From Dudresnaya verticillata (Eukaryota): 64,000 nucleotides of DNA. The notes under the pieces are model-generated. The model did no database searches and was not told the origin of the DNA. It was given only the letters and a program-made list of their open reading frames with translations. Positions 37,882 to 49,752 of the stretch are shown piece by piece; positions within the stretch are counted from its first letter, which is position 1, and the number at the start of each line of letters is the position of its first letter. The stretch spans positions 1,922,001-1,986,000 of the forward strand of contig OZ374563.1 of NCBI GenBank assembly GCA_977862235.1, read 5' to 3'. Position numbers and translations under genes: made by a program.

Positions 37882-38609
37882 TTAGTTTTGAATATCAACG
37901 CCTTGGAATATGGCTAGCGCTCTAGTTCGCAGAACACCAATGTTTGCCATCCCAAACGTGGGACAGAAACCCCTCTCAATGTAATGGGCTACAAACATGA
38001 CGAAAACCTCAAAGGAGTAGGCGTCGTCCTGTTTTGGAAGCGACCGGTCCTGATCCGTTGGCCACTCCATGATCCCTGTCCAAGGATTAAGACGCTTCCT
38101 GTGCCTTGTACTAGAGCCCTCCCCAGCTATGTACCTCTTAAAAGTTGTGCCGCATTCCTGCTTTGATTGTCCATCGTGTTTTGAAGTGAGTCGTAAACTT
38201 GAACACAGCGACGAGAAGAATCGGCGATGTGGAGGGTCCAATGATCGCCGCCCAGGTGCAAAGACAACATCAGGATCTCGAAGTCAACCATAACGAACTC
38301 CCTTCCATAGCTTTCAGATACATGCCTGCCGAACCATTTGCTCGCAAGCTGATACGCGTTCCTATTGCTTTGCCTGGGAGACCACACGAGTGCGGGTAGT
38401 AGAAAAATGGTAAAAATAGACGACCTTCTGCAGCCGTCTCGACGCTTACCGCGATCAGAATTGCGTCGGTTGATGGCTCGAACGAATGAATTCAGGACTT
38501 CGTCATTGGCCAGACGAGTCCCTATTCGGAACCTCTGCATTTCACTATACCGCAAAACTATTGCCCCGTCTCGTACGTTCTTTCTCATGGTCGCGATATT
38601 GCGTTCCAA
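37882..38609 (-). pseudogene. Ulp1-like (C48) cysteine peptidase remnant 2
   Basis: LANDEVLNSF, LHLGGDHWTL, VYDSL, then frameshifted PKQDDAYSFEVFV (the expected QxxxxxCG is decayed). Confidence 0.8.
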
Positions 38610-40906
38610 GGCGGTTAGGCCGCGAACTGCATCCTACATCGGAAGAACATCGCACAACCGAATCATTCGGTCCTGTCCCGCGACGATTAAGCCCCCGGGG
38701 ACTCTGGGCTTCTTGGCCGGTCCTTCCCGAACTTCCGGGTCACCAATTCGCATCACCCCTTTAGCACCATACCTTGTTGGCCAACATTGGCCTGGGCCAA
38801 GTCCCGGGGCTGCATCGGAGGTACCGCTGCCAGTATTCATCGCTATGTTCTTCAACTTCAACATGCCATCTGTAATGTCTGCTACAATAGCGTCAGAACA
38901 GTTAGCATTACTTACAGACGCGGCCGTTCTCTTATCCTTCATGCCGCCATAATCATGGCTAAGTCTTCTGCCGCCGTGAGATGCATACGGTACATTCTCC
39001 GTATTCCCAACATGATCTCCACTACGCTCTTACATTACTCCAGCCGGTATCGCAGCATTGGGAACTGGCACCGTGAGGGCTTGGGACTCATGCGTCTGTT
39101 TTGCAGTTCCCATCACAGTCGCCGTAGCCTGTCCTGAGTGCGGCGCGCCCACGACGGGTGTGCCGTGGGATTGAGAAGAATGCGTCTCAAACGCAGTTGC
39201 TTCAGCAGTCTCCTTCTCTTCGCATGAAAATGGGGTGTCGAATCCAAGCGCGCCGTGGCCTTGAGACGCATATGTCTCTCCAGCGGGTGATCTACGCACC
39301 ACCGAATGATGATGGTTGCAACTCCGATGGGCGTTCCCTGCTGTGCTTCAAGGTAAATAGTAGATCTCTGCCGACCCAACGGTGAACGCCTGCGAATTAG
39401 GGCCAGCTGTGAATCGCGGCTGCGGATCACAGCGCTGTATTCCTCTCCGTTGCAGTGAGGCGGAGCCCTCGATGCCGGCGCGCGGCCGCGCACCCGGGCT
39501 CGTGCGCCTGCAAGCGGAAGGGGACTTCCGTATTCGCCTTCTTTTTTCTCTTGGTTTTCTTCGCGTAGAACACCCTGCTCATCTTATTCTTCACTGCTGA
39601 ACTTGTCTACCCCTAGCACCTGAATTCTGAGATGGCGCTTGTACGCTTCAGCCCAAGTCCACCTTCTGTAATGGCGTGGATACATGTCGCAAGGGAGTGC
39701 CCCAGCCCACGAGGAGACACAGCCGCGTTTGTGCGTGGGTTCGGGGCGGTGATGGTACGCTAGCACAAAGCTTCTGTTCCACCGCTTCAGCCTCGCGGAA
39801 AGATGCAGTACTGAGTGGACGTTGTGCTTTTTGAATGCTTTTCAAAATGTTGTGATCATGTGTTGCATACGCGTTCGCACCCGTGCGCGGCCGATATAGA
39901 GTGCGGGATCTGCCCCCGTATGTTGCGTGCGACGCATGCGTCATACAGTATTCGTATTGGTATTTTTCGTAGCTGCAAACGCACACAACGCATTGGCTGC
40001 CCCCTACTAAAAACTGTAATGAGCTTTCATTCGGGACGGTTTGCAGGGGCTAGTACAACACATACATTGTTTCATTTGAAGCCAATCTCTTGCGCAAATT
40101 CAGACCGTTGCAACGGTCAGCATGCAGATACAAGGCCATCGGAAATGGCCCAAGGAACTGGCTCACGTTCCTTGGCCCATGATCGTGGATCGATCCTCGA
40201 GGCGACACGAAGGTCCGAACTGCACCATTCACAAACTTCAACAGCTGTTGATCCCCGAAAATACCTCGACGCAGCTCTGTCGTCCTCACATCATCAGTCA
40301 AGCGCATCAAAATCTGCATTCAGGAAATGTAATCGTTGCCTTCCTGCTTCAAATCTCGTCTTCGAAGAAGAAAACCGAGGTAACGCCGGCTCCAAACTTC
40401 AAGACTTTGCCTGCTATCGGATAAAATAACCCCCTTCGTGATGTTCCCATTTACGCTTATGGGGGTTGGAAATCCATGAGGGATAGTTTTAAGCATAACC
40501 TTGCCGCAGCGGCATTTTGTATCCCGGACGTGAGATGAAATTGGGATGTGCTGTGGGGAAAGTTGAACGAGTGGGACAACATGTGCACCTACATAATGGC
40601 CAAAAGGACAATGCAAAGTACTCCGCTTAGCCATGGTCGGATGCAGAGTGATTCACCGCCCAAGAATACCCATCACAGAAAGCGTCCCTGTCTCATGGCA
40701 TGTGCAGAAATGCTGAGATGTCAACTGCGATCAACAAGAAGAAGATGCGCTGCTCTACTACGTCTATGCCAATACCAGCTCAGTATGGTTTCGATTATAC
40801 GTCCTCTACTGCGACCCGGATGAACTACCAGACATAACTGGATCACTACGTTTTCTGGTACCTTGGAGGCAGCGTTGACGCGTGTCCTGTTCCGACTGCG
40901 CGCAAC

Positions 40907-41733
40907 ATGGATTTCTCGTACGTCACAACTGGCTGGGGCGCAATTTGTATTGTAATGAGCGAGTCAGACTCCGATGAATATGGCCGGATTTCCGAGAAAC
41001 GAACGGACATCATATCTCTTGCGGCTACGTTTCAAGAGGGCGAGAGAAATTTCAAGATGCACACTGGTGATATCATTATATTACCGAGAAGCGCTTTCTC
41101 CTTGGACATGCCCTCGCAGATCCGCGTGCAAGGATCTCGTATGCTGTTTTGGACAGTCTTGCATGCTCACAAGAAGAAGAAGAAAGACGCTTCGCTGCCT
41201 TCGTCCCCGCTTATGGAGGGGTTTGAAAAGGTCCCGAATGTAGAGGACAGGATCAATGGGTACGTCGAAGCGAAGGATTTTCTGAAGAAGGAAAAAGTAT
41301 CGCTCGTGAGCTTCGTCTGATCCAGGAGCGGGATGTGTCTAAGATCACATCTGTGCAGTACATGGAAATGTTGAGGGTGCTTAGGGATGTCTACAATGTT
41401 TCGGACCAGGTGCAGGTTGCAAGTACGAATCCGAGCATCTGCAGGGATGACTCGACGGAATTCTGGGAAGAGTATATTTACTTCATGCATGGCCCTTGAA
41501 AGGACATCCATAGTATAGCAGATGAATATTTGTCCGATAGAAGTGCTGAGAGGGGTGAGACGCATGCGTTCCAGAGACCCAAAATGCACCAGAGAGCGAA
41601 TGCAGTTACTCGCCATCCTGAAGAAGAGGGCAGTAAGTCACGGGCTGTTCGCGACTCGTCAGATTCCGATTCAGAAGATTCTGTGGATGATCATAGCAGT
41701 GGCTCTGATTCAATGTCTAGTAATTTGAAGTAG
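40907..41733 (+). pseudogene. Fragmented unknown coding sequence
   Basis: Protein-like ORF 40907..41320 followed by acidic/Ser-rich 41530..41733. No domain recognised. Confidence 0.3.
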
Positions 41734-42714
41734 ACAAGAAGGAAGTACTTTACCTGATTTCCTTAATCTTGGGATATCCTGAAGAGGATGAGTATTCTGA
41801 TTGAAAGTCTAAGGAGGTTAGGTTAGGACGCATGTATTCAACGAATATTGGAAGCACATTTCAAGTAACCAACAAGGTAGGAATTTACATCCATAATATT
41901 CAGATATACATACTGCCGCAGATGAATTTCATGGGTCTTTCGATTGAAACTCTGAGGAGATTGAGACGCAAGCGTCTCAGCGAATATTTTAAGTAGCGAA
42001 CAGGGTAGAAATTTACAAGTTTAAGGTTAAGACATCGATAGCGTCCCAGGGGATGCTTCGGTTTGAAAGGCTGACGAGATTGCGACGCATTTATCTCCGC
42101 GATCATTTGAAGTAAACAACAAGCAAGTACTCTACACGCATTCCTTAAGCTTTGATATCTTCTCCTCTAGATACTCTAGACCGTCTCGACAGAGCGCGCA
42201 TAAAGATACCTCAGACTGAATGCGAACTCGACGGCTTCGTCTCGTGGCATGGGCATCTTCCTGCTGTACAGAACTTTTGCTGCCCTCTTCTCGAGCGCAG
42301 TACTGCGCAAGCTCGGCTCGAAAATGAACGAGCTCGGAACTCTCTCGAGTCTGCTCATGTCGTCGCGCAACCTTCTGTAGAACCCGAGCTTCGAATTTGG
42401 TATCTCGGTCAGCCTGGTCTTCTTTCTCTCAGACGAGTCGAGCCACCAACTATGCTTCAACTCTAGTCTCGAACTCAGACCCCTTTGCAGAAAGGTGCGT
42501 CTGAACCTGTTCTTCAACGCGAGACTCAATGAAATCGCTTAGGGAGACAGGAACTGCGTTGGGGATGATGTGGTATTGAATGTGGATGCCACCAAGCGCA
42601 ACTGCTCCACCTGCGCTCTTAACGCTTGAAGTTTCTTCATCGACATCATTGTCTTCAAACAGCTGCTGCTCAGCCCCTGGATAATTATGAAGAACGTCTT
42701 TCTGGAGATCTACA

Positions 42715-43020
42715 TCGGATGCGTCTCTTCCAGCGCTAACTGCCTCCTCGGCCACATCAACTGAGACGAATACATCCCTGGCGGCGAAAACTGTCTCCTA
42801 GGTTTCTCCTGAGACGCATGAGTTCCTTGCAGCAGTAACTGTTGGCCGTCATCTGAGACGCATGCGTCCCTCGCAGCGGAAACCGTCTCCTTGGCCTCAC
42901 CTGGAGCGCATGCGTCCCTTGCAGCGGTAACTGTTTTCTGGGCCTCATCTGAGACTCATGCGTCCCTCGCAGTGTCAATTATCTCCTGGGCCTCATCTGG
43001 GACGCGTGCGTCCCTCACAG
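42715..43020. repeat. 48-bp coding minisatellite, about 6 copies
   Basis: CTGAGACGCATG-like anchor at 42761, 42809, 42853, 42901, 42949 and 42997 (period 48, one 44-bp unit). Confidence 0.88.
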
Positions 43021-43956
43021 GCCCAATCGCCCCATCCGACTCATCTATCGTTGCTCGAAGCGCGAACGCAGCACTTTGGAGGTCTTCTTCGATCTCCTCC
43101 TGGACTTCTTCGATATACTCCTGGTCTTTTTCTGGGTTCTTTGGCCTGCTCCTTGCAGTATTTTCCCTCTTGCTCTGGCTAGGCCCACCCTTCTTCACGC
43201 AGTCCACTTCAGCCCTCCTACTCTTCCCCGTTGCAATAACTGGGTAAGAACACTTTTAATTCGTACGCTGGGAGTTTTTTATCTGTAACAGGGCGAGTAA
43301 ATATGGTCTCTCTGATCACACCAGTCTCTTCAACCTCCTGAATAGCATGTTCAAGCATTTGACGCAGCTTAGGCATTGTAAGGCTTCCACAGTTGAATCT
43401 GTGGCTGATCAATAGAGATGGCATCACGCGCATACTCTTGAAGTACTTGAGGACATGTAGACCCAACTTGCGAGCTCCGAGTTCTTTTGGGACGCTGGGT
43501 ATGACGGTATCGATGATATGCATCGATACTCGGTAAATGTTCGCATTGCGACGGTCGTTCTTCCGCACGCAGTTGAGCAAGAAGTGCGTACGATCGTCTG
43601 CTAGCGCAGGGTGTGTCGGCAAACATGCGCTTCGTCAGCAGCTCCACTCTGCCGAAGCAAAACCCTCGATTCCAGAGCTTCTTAGCACTGATAACGGAAT
43701 CGTTACGCGCGTAGGTACGCAGCATAACAACGTTCTTGAGCGGTGTTCGATCTTTTGGAGAAACGTCACGGACATTTGCGGCCACAACAAGAAGCTCGAG
43801 GGTGTGGAAGGCCATCTGGGTGCCGTTTTCCACATTCCTCTTCTTGTCCTTAGATTCCACGAAGGTCAGGTCTTCTCTGCGAGTCACAACTGCTCGTAGA
43901 CACCACGTACTTGTTTCGCGGAAATGATGCGAGCCCAAATTGTGGGTAGTACCCCT

Positions 43957-44631
43957 TGTGTTATAGTGAGATTCGCCGACGGTAACGACGATAAGCGTGT
44001 ATAGTGTGACGTGCATCGCTGCGGGATCTGTCAACGTATATCCATATCGGTGTTGTGCGAATTGCTGTGCGCCGTTGTGCATTGCTGTACTGCAATGGAG
44101 CGCACCAACCATAACGGAGTATTTGTAGTATTTTTCTTCTATTTTTAGTGGGTCTGTGTACAGTATGTAATGTAGGATGCCAGCCAATGCGAATGCTGAG
44201 CATGTCCGTCTCGGACATTGGGATCAGCAGGGCCGATTCCACCATGGGTCCAAGCCCCTCGGGTCTGGCCCCCACGAACCGGACCGCCCGAGCCACCCTA
44301 ACGTTTATATCAAGGTGGTACCGCGACGGACCCTAGGGTGAACGAGCAAGCAACTCTTGGCCTGAATCGCCTTCTAGCCCTTGTCCTTTACGGTTTTCCG
44401 GGCGCCGAGCCCGTTACGGTCTACCACCATCACCGTTACGGGGCCCGTCCCGGCACTTGTACCACCCCTTGTCTGTTGCTTCCCAATATCCGTTACGGTA
44501 AGCCGCTTGATGTTTCCCGTCTCGGTACGAACTGCTCTACCACCCCGTGGAGGTAGTCTCACTCTCCTCCCGTGAAGGAAAGTCAGACCAGCTGTCCGTT
44601 ACGGAATTTGGAGGGGTTTCGCTGCACCACA
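43957..44631 (+). mobile_element. Solo LTR family B, copy 2 (675 bp)
   Basis: TGTG...CACCACA termini. TSD CCCCT/CCGCT. Collinear with 23548-24241. Confidence 0.85.
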
Positions 44632-46582
44632 CCGCTTCCCGGGCTGATGACGTTCGGTGGTTCCCGGCCAACACGTAGCGGGGTAGGTTGATCAGAAACC
44701 CGTCAAGCTGGGATATGGGTTCGCTGAGAATAATCCTCTCGTACGGTCGGAAGCCATTACGCACCATGTCAGTGGAATAAGCAAGAAGCTCAGCGACATC
44801 AATTCCACGAATCAGGGCATCGAAATCTGGGAATTATTTGACCAGTTTCGTCGGGCATACCGTTCACTTCGTTCCACGAGCAATAGAAGCTGCAAGGTAG
44901 GCAAGTCCAGACGCAGGATTCCGCTCGAGACATTCTGGGGGATTTCCAGCACGATTCTTGGACACGGCTTTTGTATTGTTGGGAACGGACACGATCATTT
45001 CTTCTTCTGTACCCACATCGTTGATCTCGACGACAGCGGCGGAAGTCTGCACAGATTCCTGAAACGAATGCGCCCCCCGCGACGAATGGTAATGGGTACC
45101 TTGGAGGCGTTCAGACTGTCGACGGCGTTTGGAATGGACGTTGTGATCATGCCCCCTTCCATATTGTGGGTTGATTTGGCAGTTGCTTGCGGGAACGAAA
45201 CTTCTTCTAGGTCTTCGATCTCCTTGAATCCCCGATGGGCAATGGTTTCATACCACACGTAATTTTCTCGACTTCTCTGGTTCGCCCTGCTCGGCGGCGG
45301 TGGGGTCGGAAGGGTCGACTGTAGCATCGGGGATGGCGTTTTCGCGGTCTTTTGTAGGCCCAAGAAGGACTCTTCCCGGGCTAGACGCGAGTGGTGCACC
45401 GGTAAGGGGTTGTCGATGAGACTGTGACCTCCGAGCACGTTGCGACTGTTTTGCGTGCTGGCGGCGTGGTATTTGGAAACGGCCGGGAGTGAAATGCAGG
45501 AAACGGTGTGCACTGTGCGGCGGAAAGCGAGAGGGATTTTGTTGAGGTGGGGTGGGGGAGGGGGTTACCGGTCGTCGAGAGAGGGCCCTGCAACGGCAGA
45601 AAGATCGGATCGCACTGTGTTTGCCGGGAAAATAACGGACGATCATATAATTAAATACAGTGCACTGCACCGACGTATGCGTTTCACATGGAATTCTATT
45701 ACAGTCCATCGACGCGTGCGTCTCAGAATTTGTGCTTGCGATGGGGCGCCCATGCGCGCCAGCGCGCGGCGCCGCAGTAATTTCATGTAACCGATTGTAC
45801 TTACCGTAATGATGGAGCGTGACCGTGACTCGATGCCGAACGGACTCGTGAGGGCAAGTACAGCGGCTGTTCCACCACGGTGGACTTCTATTTTGAATGA
45901 GTGCGCCGTTGCGCGCAGTGGCCGCACACCACGGAAGCAGGAACAGCAGCCATGTGTGGCAATATGGAATGACGCCACAACTCTCGCGATGTGCGTTCAG
46001 TTCGTTGTTTTGAGGGAGGCACACCGTAGACCCATCTACCCCGATAAGACTGACTGGAGTGTACCTCTACGATTTCCCCTATTGCGCTCACTCCAGGACG
46101 GCAGTGGGAGAGCGCATTGATTCACGAGATAAAACAGGACTTCTTTCAACATCTTAATACAGGAATTCGGAGGGAACAAAACATTAGGCACGTACAGAAT
46201 TTATCATAAATCGACCTTCGGCCTTACGAGCGCCCAGACGCAGCTAAGGCTGGAGCGGAAATAGGGCGTGCCTGTTGAGGACATGGTCGCTGGCGCATCA
46301 CGTCACGGGTAAGGCACCCCAGATGGCTCCCTGCCACGCTGTCACCAAACCTTCCGGAGACGACAGCCCTTTTTCCGTTCAAAAATCATTTAGGCCTTTT
46401 GCGAAAGCAACGTGAAACGGGCTTCTGATTGGTTGTTCCAAACCGCCTCCATGGTCTATATGGCTTACAAGTGTTGTGCTGCAATTGGTGTTTATAACAG
46501 GAACGGCCAAGTGGAACGATCTGATTGGACCACATGGATGCACGTGGTATGGCATGTAATGGTATTGGTATGACGCGTACTG

Positions 46583-47498
46583 TGTAGTGCCAGGGGGGGT
46601 CCCCCGTTTTCGCTTTCAAGCGGGTTGATATGCCGCGTCTACCGACGGACGACCGCCAACGGCGCGCTCAACCCGCCCGCGGCGCAAACACGTCACCGAG
46701 GCATGCCGCTGGCCACCCGGGCCAGAACGGCTCGCTTGGCGTGCAGACCGCACGTCTGAACCCGGGACACTGTACGGCGCCACGCGTACGCGCATGGCGC
46801 AGTGGCGGGAACTTTCGCTCTAAGCGTGGCCCGGATCCGGATCCAATCGGGATCCCGCATCGGGATCAGATATCGGGATTAAGAGGTGTAAGGCATGCGC
46901 CTGTAAGCCTGACGCATCCGCATGGCTGGCTCGAATCCAGACTGGATCGGAATTAGTGCGGATCGAGATCGCACGCACCATGGGGCGCGTGCGGCTGTAA
47001 GGAAGTACATCCACGTGTAGGTGTAAGGACTCGAGCGGGGAAGCTACGTGTGATCTGTCAGGAGCGCGGCTGCATGACGGACGGATCTGTCAGACGCGCC
47101 TCGGGACAACAGGTGTCCCGAGTTCCCGCGCGGCGCCTACACACGCGACGCCGCCGCGAGTTAGTTCTATACTTATTTGATCCGTCCCAGACGTTGAGGT
47201 AAACTCCCGGCAAGCCGGCCTTGGTCCAGACTTCCCCGTTCCGCACGCGCGTACCCTACCGCTGCCTACGGCTAAGCGTCTACCTCCCGTGCTTCCACGT
47301 CTCTACCCGTCTTTGACGTGTTCCCTTTTTGTTCTCTTTTGTTCTTCCTTTCCGCCTCGGGCGTTTACAGTCCGCCCAAGGCGTGTCAAGTGCTCTACCA
47401 AAAGCCGCCCAAGGCGAGGCTACTCACCGCCACGGGCGTCGCTACCCACCGAGCCCCGAACTGCTCGGCGGTGTTCCGTCAAGGACGTTTGCACTACA
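46583..47498 (+). mobile_element. Solo LTR family A, diverged copy 3 (916 bp)
   Basis: TGTAGTGC...GCACTACA termini. Perfect TSD TACTG/TACTG. The 3' ~300 bp is highly similar to 8110-8424. Confidence 0.92.
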
Positions 47499-47623
47499 TA
47501 CTGTACTCCACAAGTACATATGAACGTGCCATGCAATGTGCAGATGGCGTCTGTGTTGGTACTGCAGGGACTTGCGCTACGCGGAGCCTGGCTTGTGATA
47601 TCAACAGATGCAGTTGTCGTGTT

Positions 47624-47737
47624 GCCGACACGATAGTTTACAGTTGCCACGTAGCTGTCGCACAGCCGACCCGTTGGTTTACAGTTGCCACGTAGCTGTC
47701 GTGCGGCCAACACGTTGGTTTTCAGCTGCCACGTAGG
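47624..47737. repeat. 41-bp tandem repeat, about 2.8 copies
   Basis: GCC(G/A)AC...GTTTACAGTTGCCACGTAG units at 47624, 47665 and 47706. Confidence 0.85.
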
Positions 47738-48744
47738 CAAATCTGGGTGATTACGTGGTCAATGATCCAAGGTGGATATTCATGGACGGACTTTAGCTCA
47801 TAAATGCGGCCACATGGTGTGCAGTGTTGTCCGACAACAGCCATGCGGGGACACTCGATACTTTAAAGTTCCCGCCCAACGTTGGAGTACATGTGGATGG
47901 CAGGAAATGCGGTCGCAAGAGGAATTGCTGATTTCAGTAGTTAGCAACACTGGTGTGCAAGTTCCCGCCCATTTTGGTGGCGGATGTGAGTGTGCTGAGA
48001 GTATGATTTGGTAGATTTGATTTCTTTACTTCTCCCGCCCATTTGATGATAGGGATTTTGGGCGTTTCTTTAATGATTTGTTTTGTTTGTGTTCACGCAG
48101 CGACTCATCCGAAAAGCGGATATAAGCCTTGTCGGATGGTGGACTGCAGTAAACGAAGTGAAGCGACTTCCATTTCTCAAAACTCTCAACTTGTTCAACT
48201 TCAACCTCCCATATTCCTTTTCAGTGCCGTCTAGAAGTAATCTGAAACAGCTGAAGTGTAATGGGACGTGCATTGTAAACGTAACTGCAATAAAACGCCT
48301 CGAAACCGCGCCCGCGGTCGCTGAAGCAGGACATCTTGGCCACCCAGCCTCCCCCTCTTTGCTCCTAGCTGATCGACTACATTGCTGGCATCTGTATTAC
48401 AGCTCAGGCTGCAACAGTCAGGCCGTCGAGGTTACGCAGCGTCACAATGGTCATGTAGCAACGCACAAATGTGTATTTACAGACTACTAGAACCCCGAAA
48501 TGACATCCGCAGGTCTCTCAGACCGCTATTATCATTTTGCACTCCACTTGTACTCTATTTCGATCTACTTCTTCATAGCCATGAACACTCCGAACAGGTT
48601 TTCACATCCATTCTACCTTAAAATGCTGTTTTACCTTCAATATGCTTCATAAAAATCCTTTCCCCTACTCAACAATTATATAAATGCGTTTTATATTGCT
48701 TCGCTTGTGAAGCATTTTACAGCTTTCAGAGCCATGCATGTTTT

Positions 48745-49020
48745 TGAAAATATGTCACAGACAATCTTTCTTTCAACACGTCTTTTGCAGTTACTATGTT
48801 TCATGAATGCGGTTCTATTCGTGTGCAGCTGTAAAACACATATTGCAGGCATTTGCATGGTTTCGCAAATTTCGTGTAGGACCAGGACGTTTCAACAGCC
48901 ATAAATGTCCTTCAAAAATGTTTCACAGACAATCTTGCATTGAAAATGTCTTATACAATCACTATGTGTCTTGAATGCGGTTCTATTCGTTTGCAACTAT
49001 GCGATCACATTTGGCATTTC
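48745..49020. repeat. Diverged duplication, period 168 bp
   Basis: TCACAGACAATC at 48755 and 48923, each followed by TGAATGCGGTTCTATTCGT. Confidence 0.75.
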
Positions 49021-49752
49021 CGTGGTGCTCTGGTAGAGAGCGCCATTCACAAAGTCTTTGGTCCACCGCCGAAGGACGTATTACAGACAATCCAACTGTA
49101 GAGATTCTTTCAACATCTCATGGGTCTGTAAAGAGCCTTTTAGTAGAGATTTGGGCTGCAAAATGGATTTTACAGAAATAGAAGTATGGAATGTTATGTT
49201 CAGAGACATTCACCATGCTGACCCATTGTTAGTTTTTGGTCGTCACATGTCCGATAGGCATGTATTAGGGGTGACAGTAAAACGATATGCATCGAACCGA
49301 CCCCCCATGGGTAATGTTCGAGTTCTTTTATGCTGTTACTAATCAGTTTACTTTCAATAGGATAACAAGAATCCATTTAATTTGTATTAAGGAACTAATA
49401 ATTGTTCATATGCCGTTTGTGGGCGGGATGGCCGTGAAACTGCGTTTATCACAAGAACTGGTATTAAAGTACGTATCAGTGCCTAATGTGTTCGCATTTT
49501 ATTACTCACAAGCACGAATGGCTATGAAACAAGTATCATAGACAACGTGAAGAAGATTGAGAGCAGCCACATACCAGGCAATGCATCACTGTTCTATACA
49601 GGTTTCTTCAATACGCAGGCATCATTTACAACTGTGCACTATACGCCAGTGAACAGAAATCAAATACTAGGGTATCGCTTCGAAGCGAAGGGAAACTATC
49701 TCACCACAATTTGCGTAATTACTATCTCTGGTGGTTTGCAAGCTTTCTAGCT

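Larger units (their letters stand above)
42176..45300 (-). pseudogene. Large decayed gene with a ParB/Srx-like motif, interrupted by solo LTR B2
   Basis: MVRNGFRPYERIILSEP...YVLAGNHRTSSAREA (44767-44633). Coding sequence resumes beyond the LTR (43950-42176) and includes a 16-aa repeat. Confidence 0.55.

Noticed and set aside
40300..40900. PHD or other zinc finger from scattered Cys residues
   Set aside because: No consistent ligand spacing could be reconstructed in any frame.
47624..47737. CRISPR-like array (also the 68-bp and 48-bp repeats)
   Set aside because: Contiguous tandem units without unique spacers, and no cas genes.
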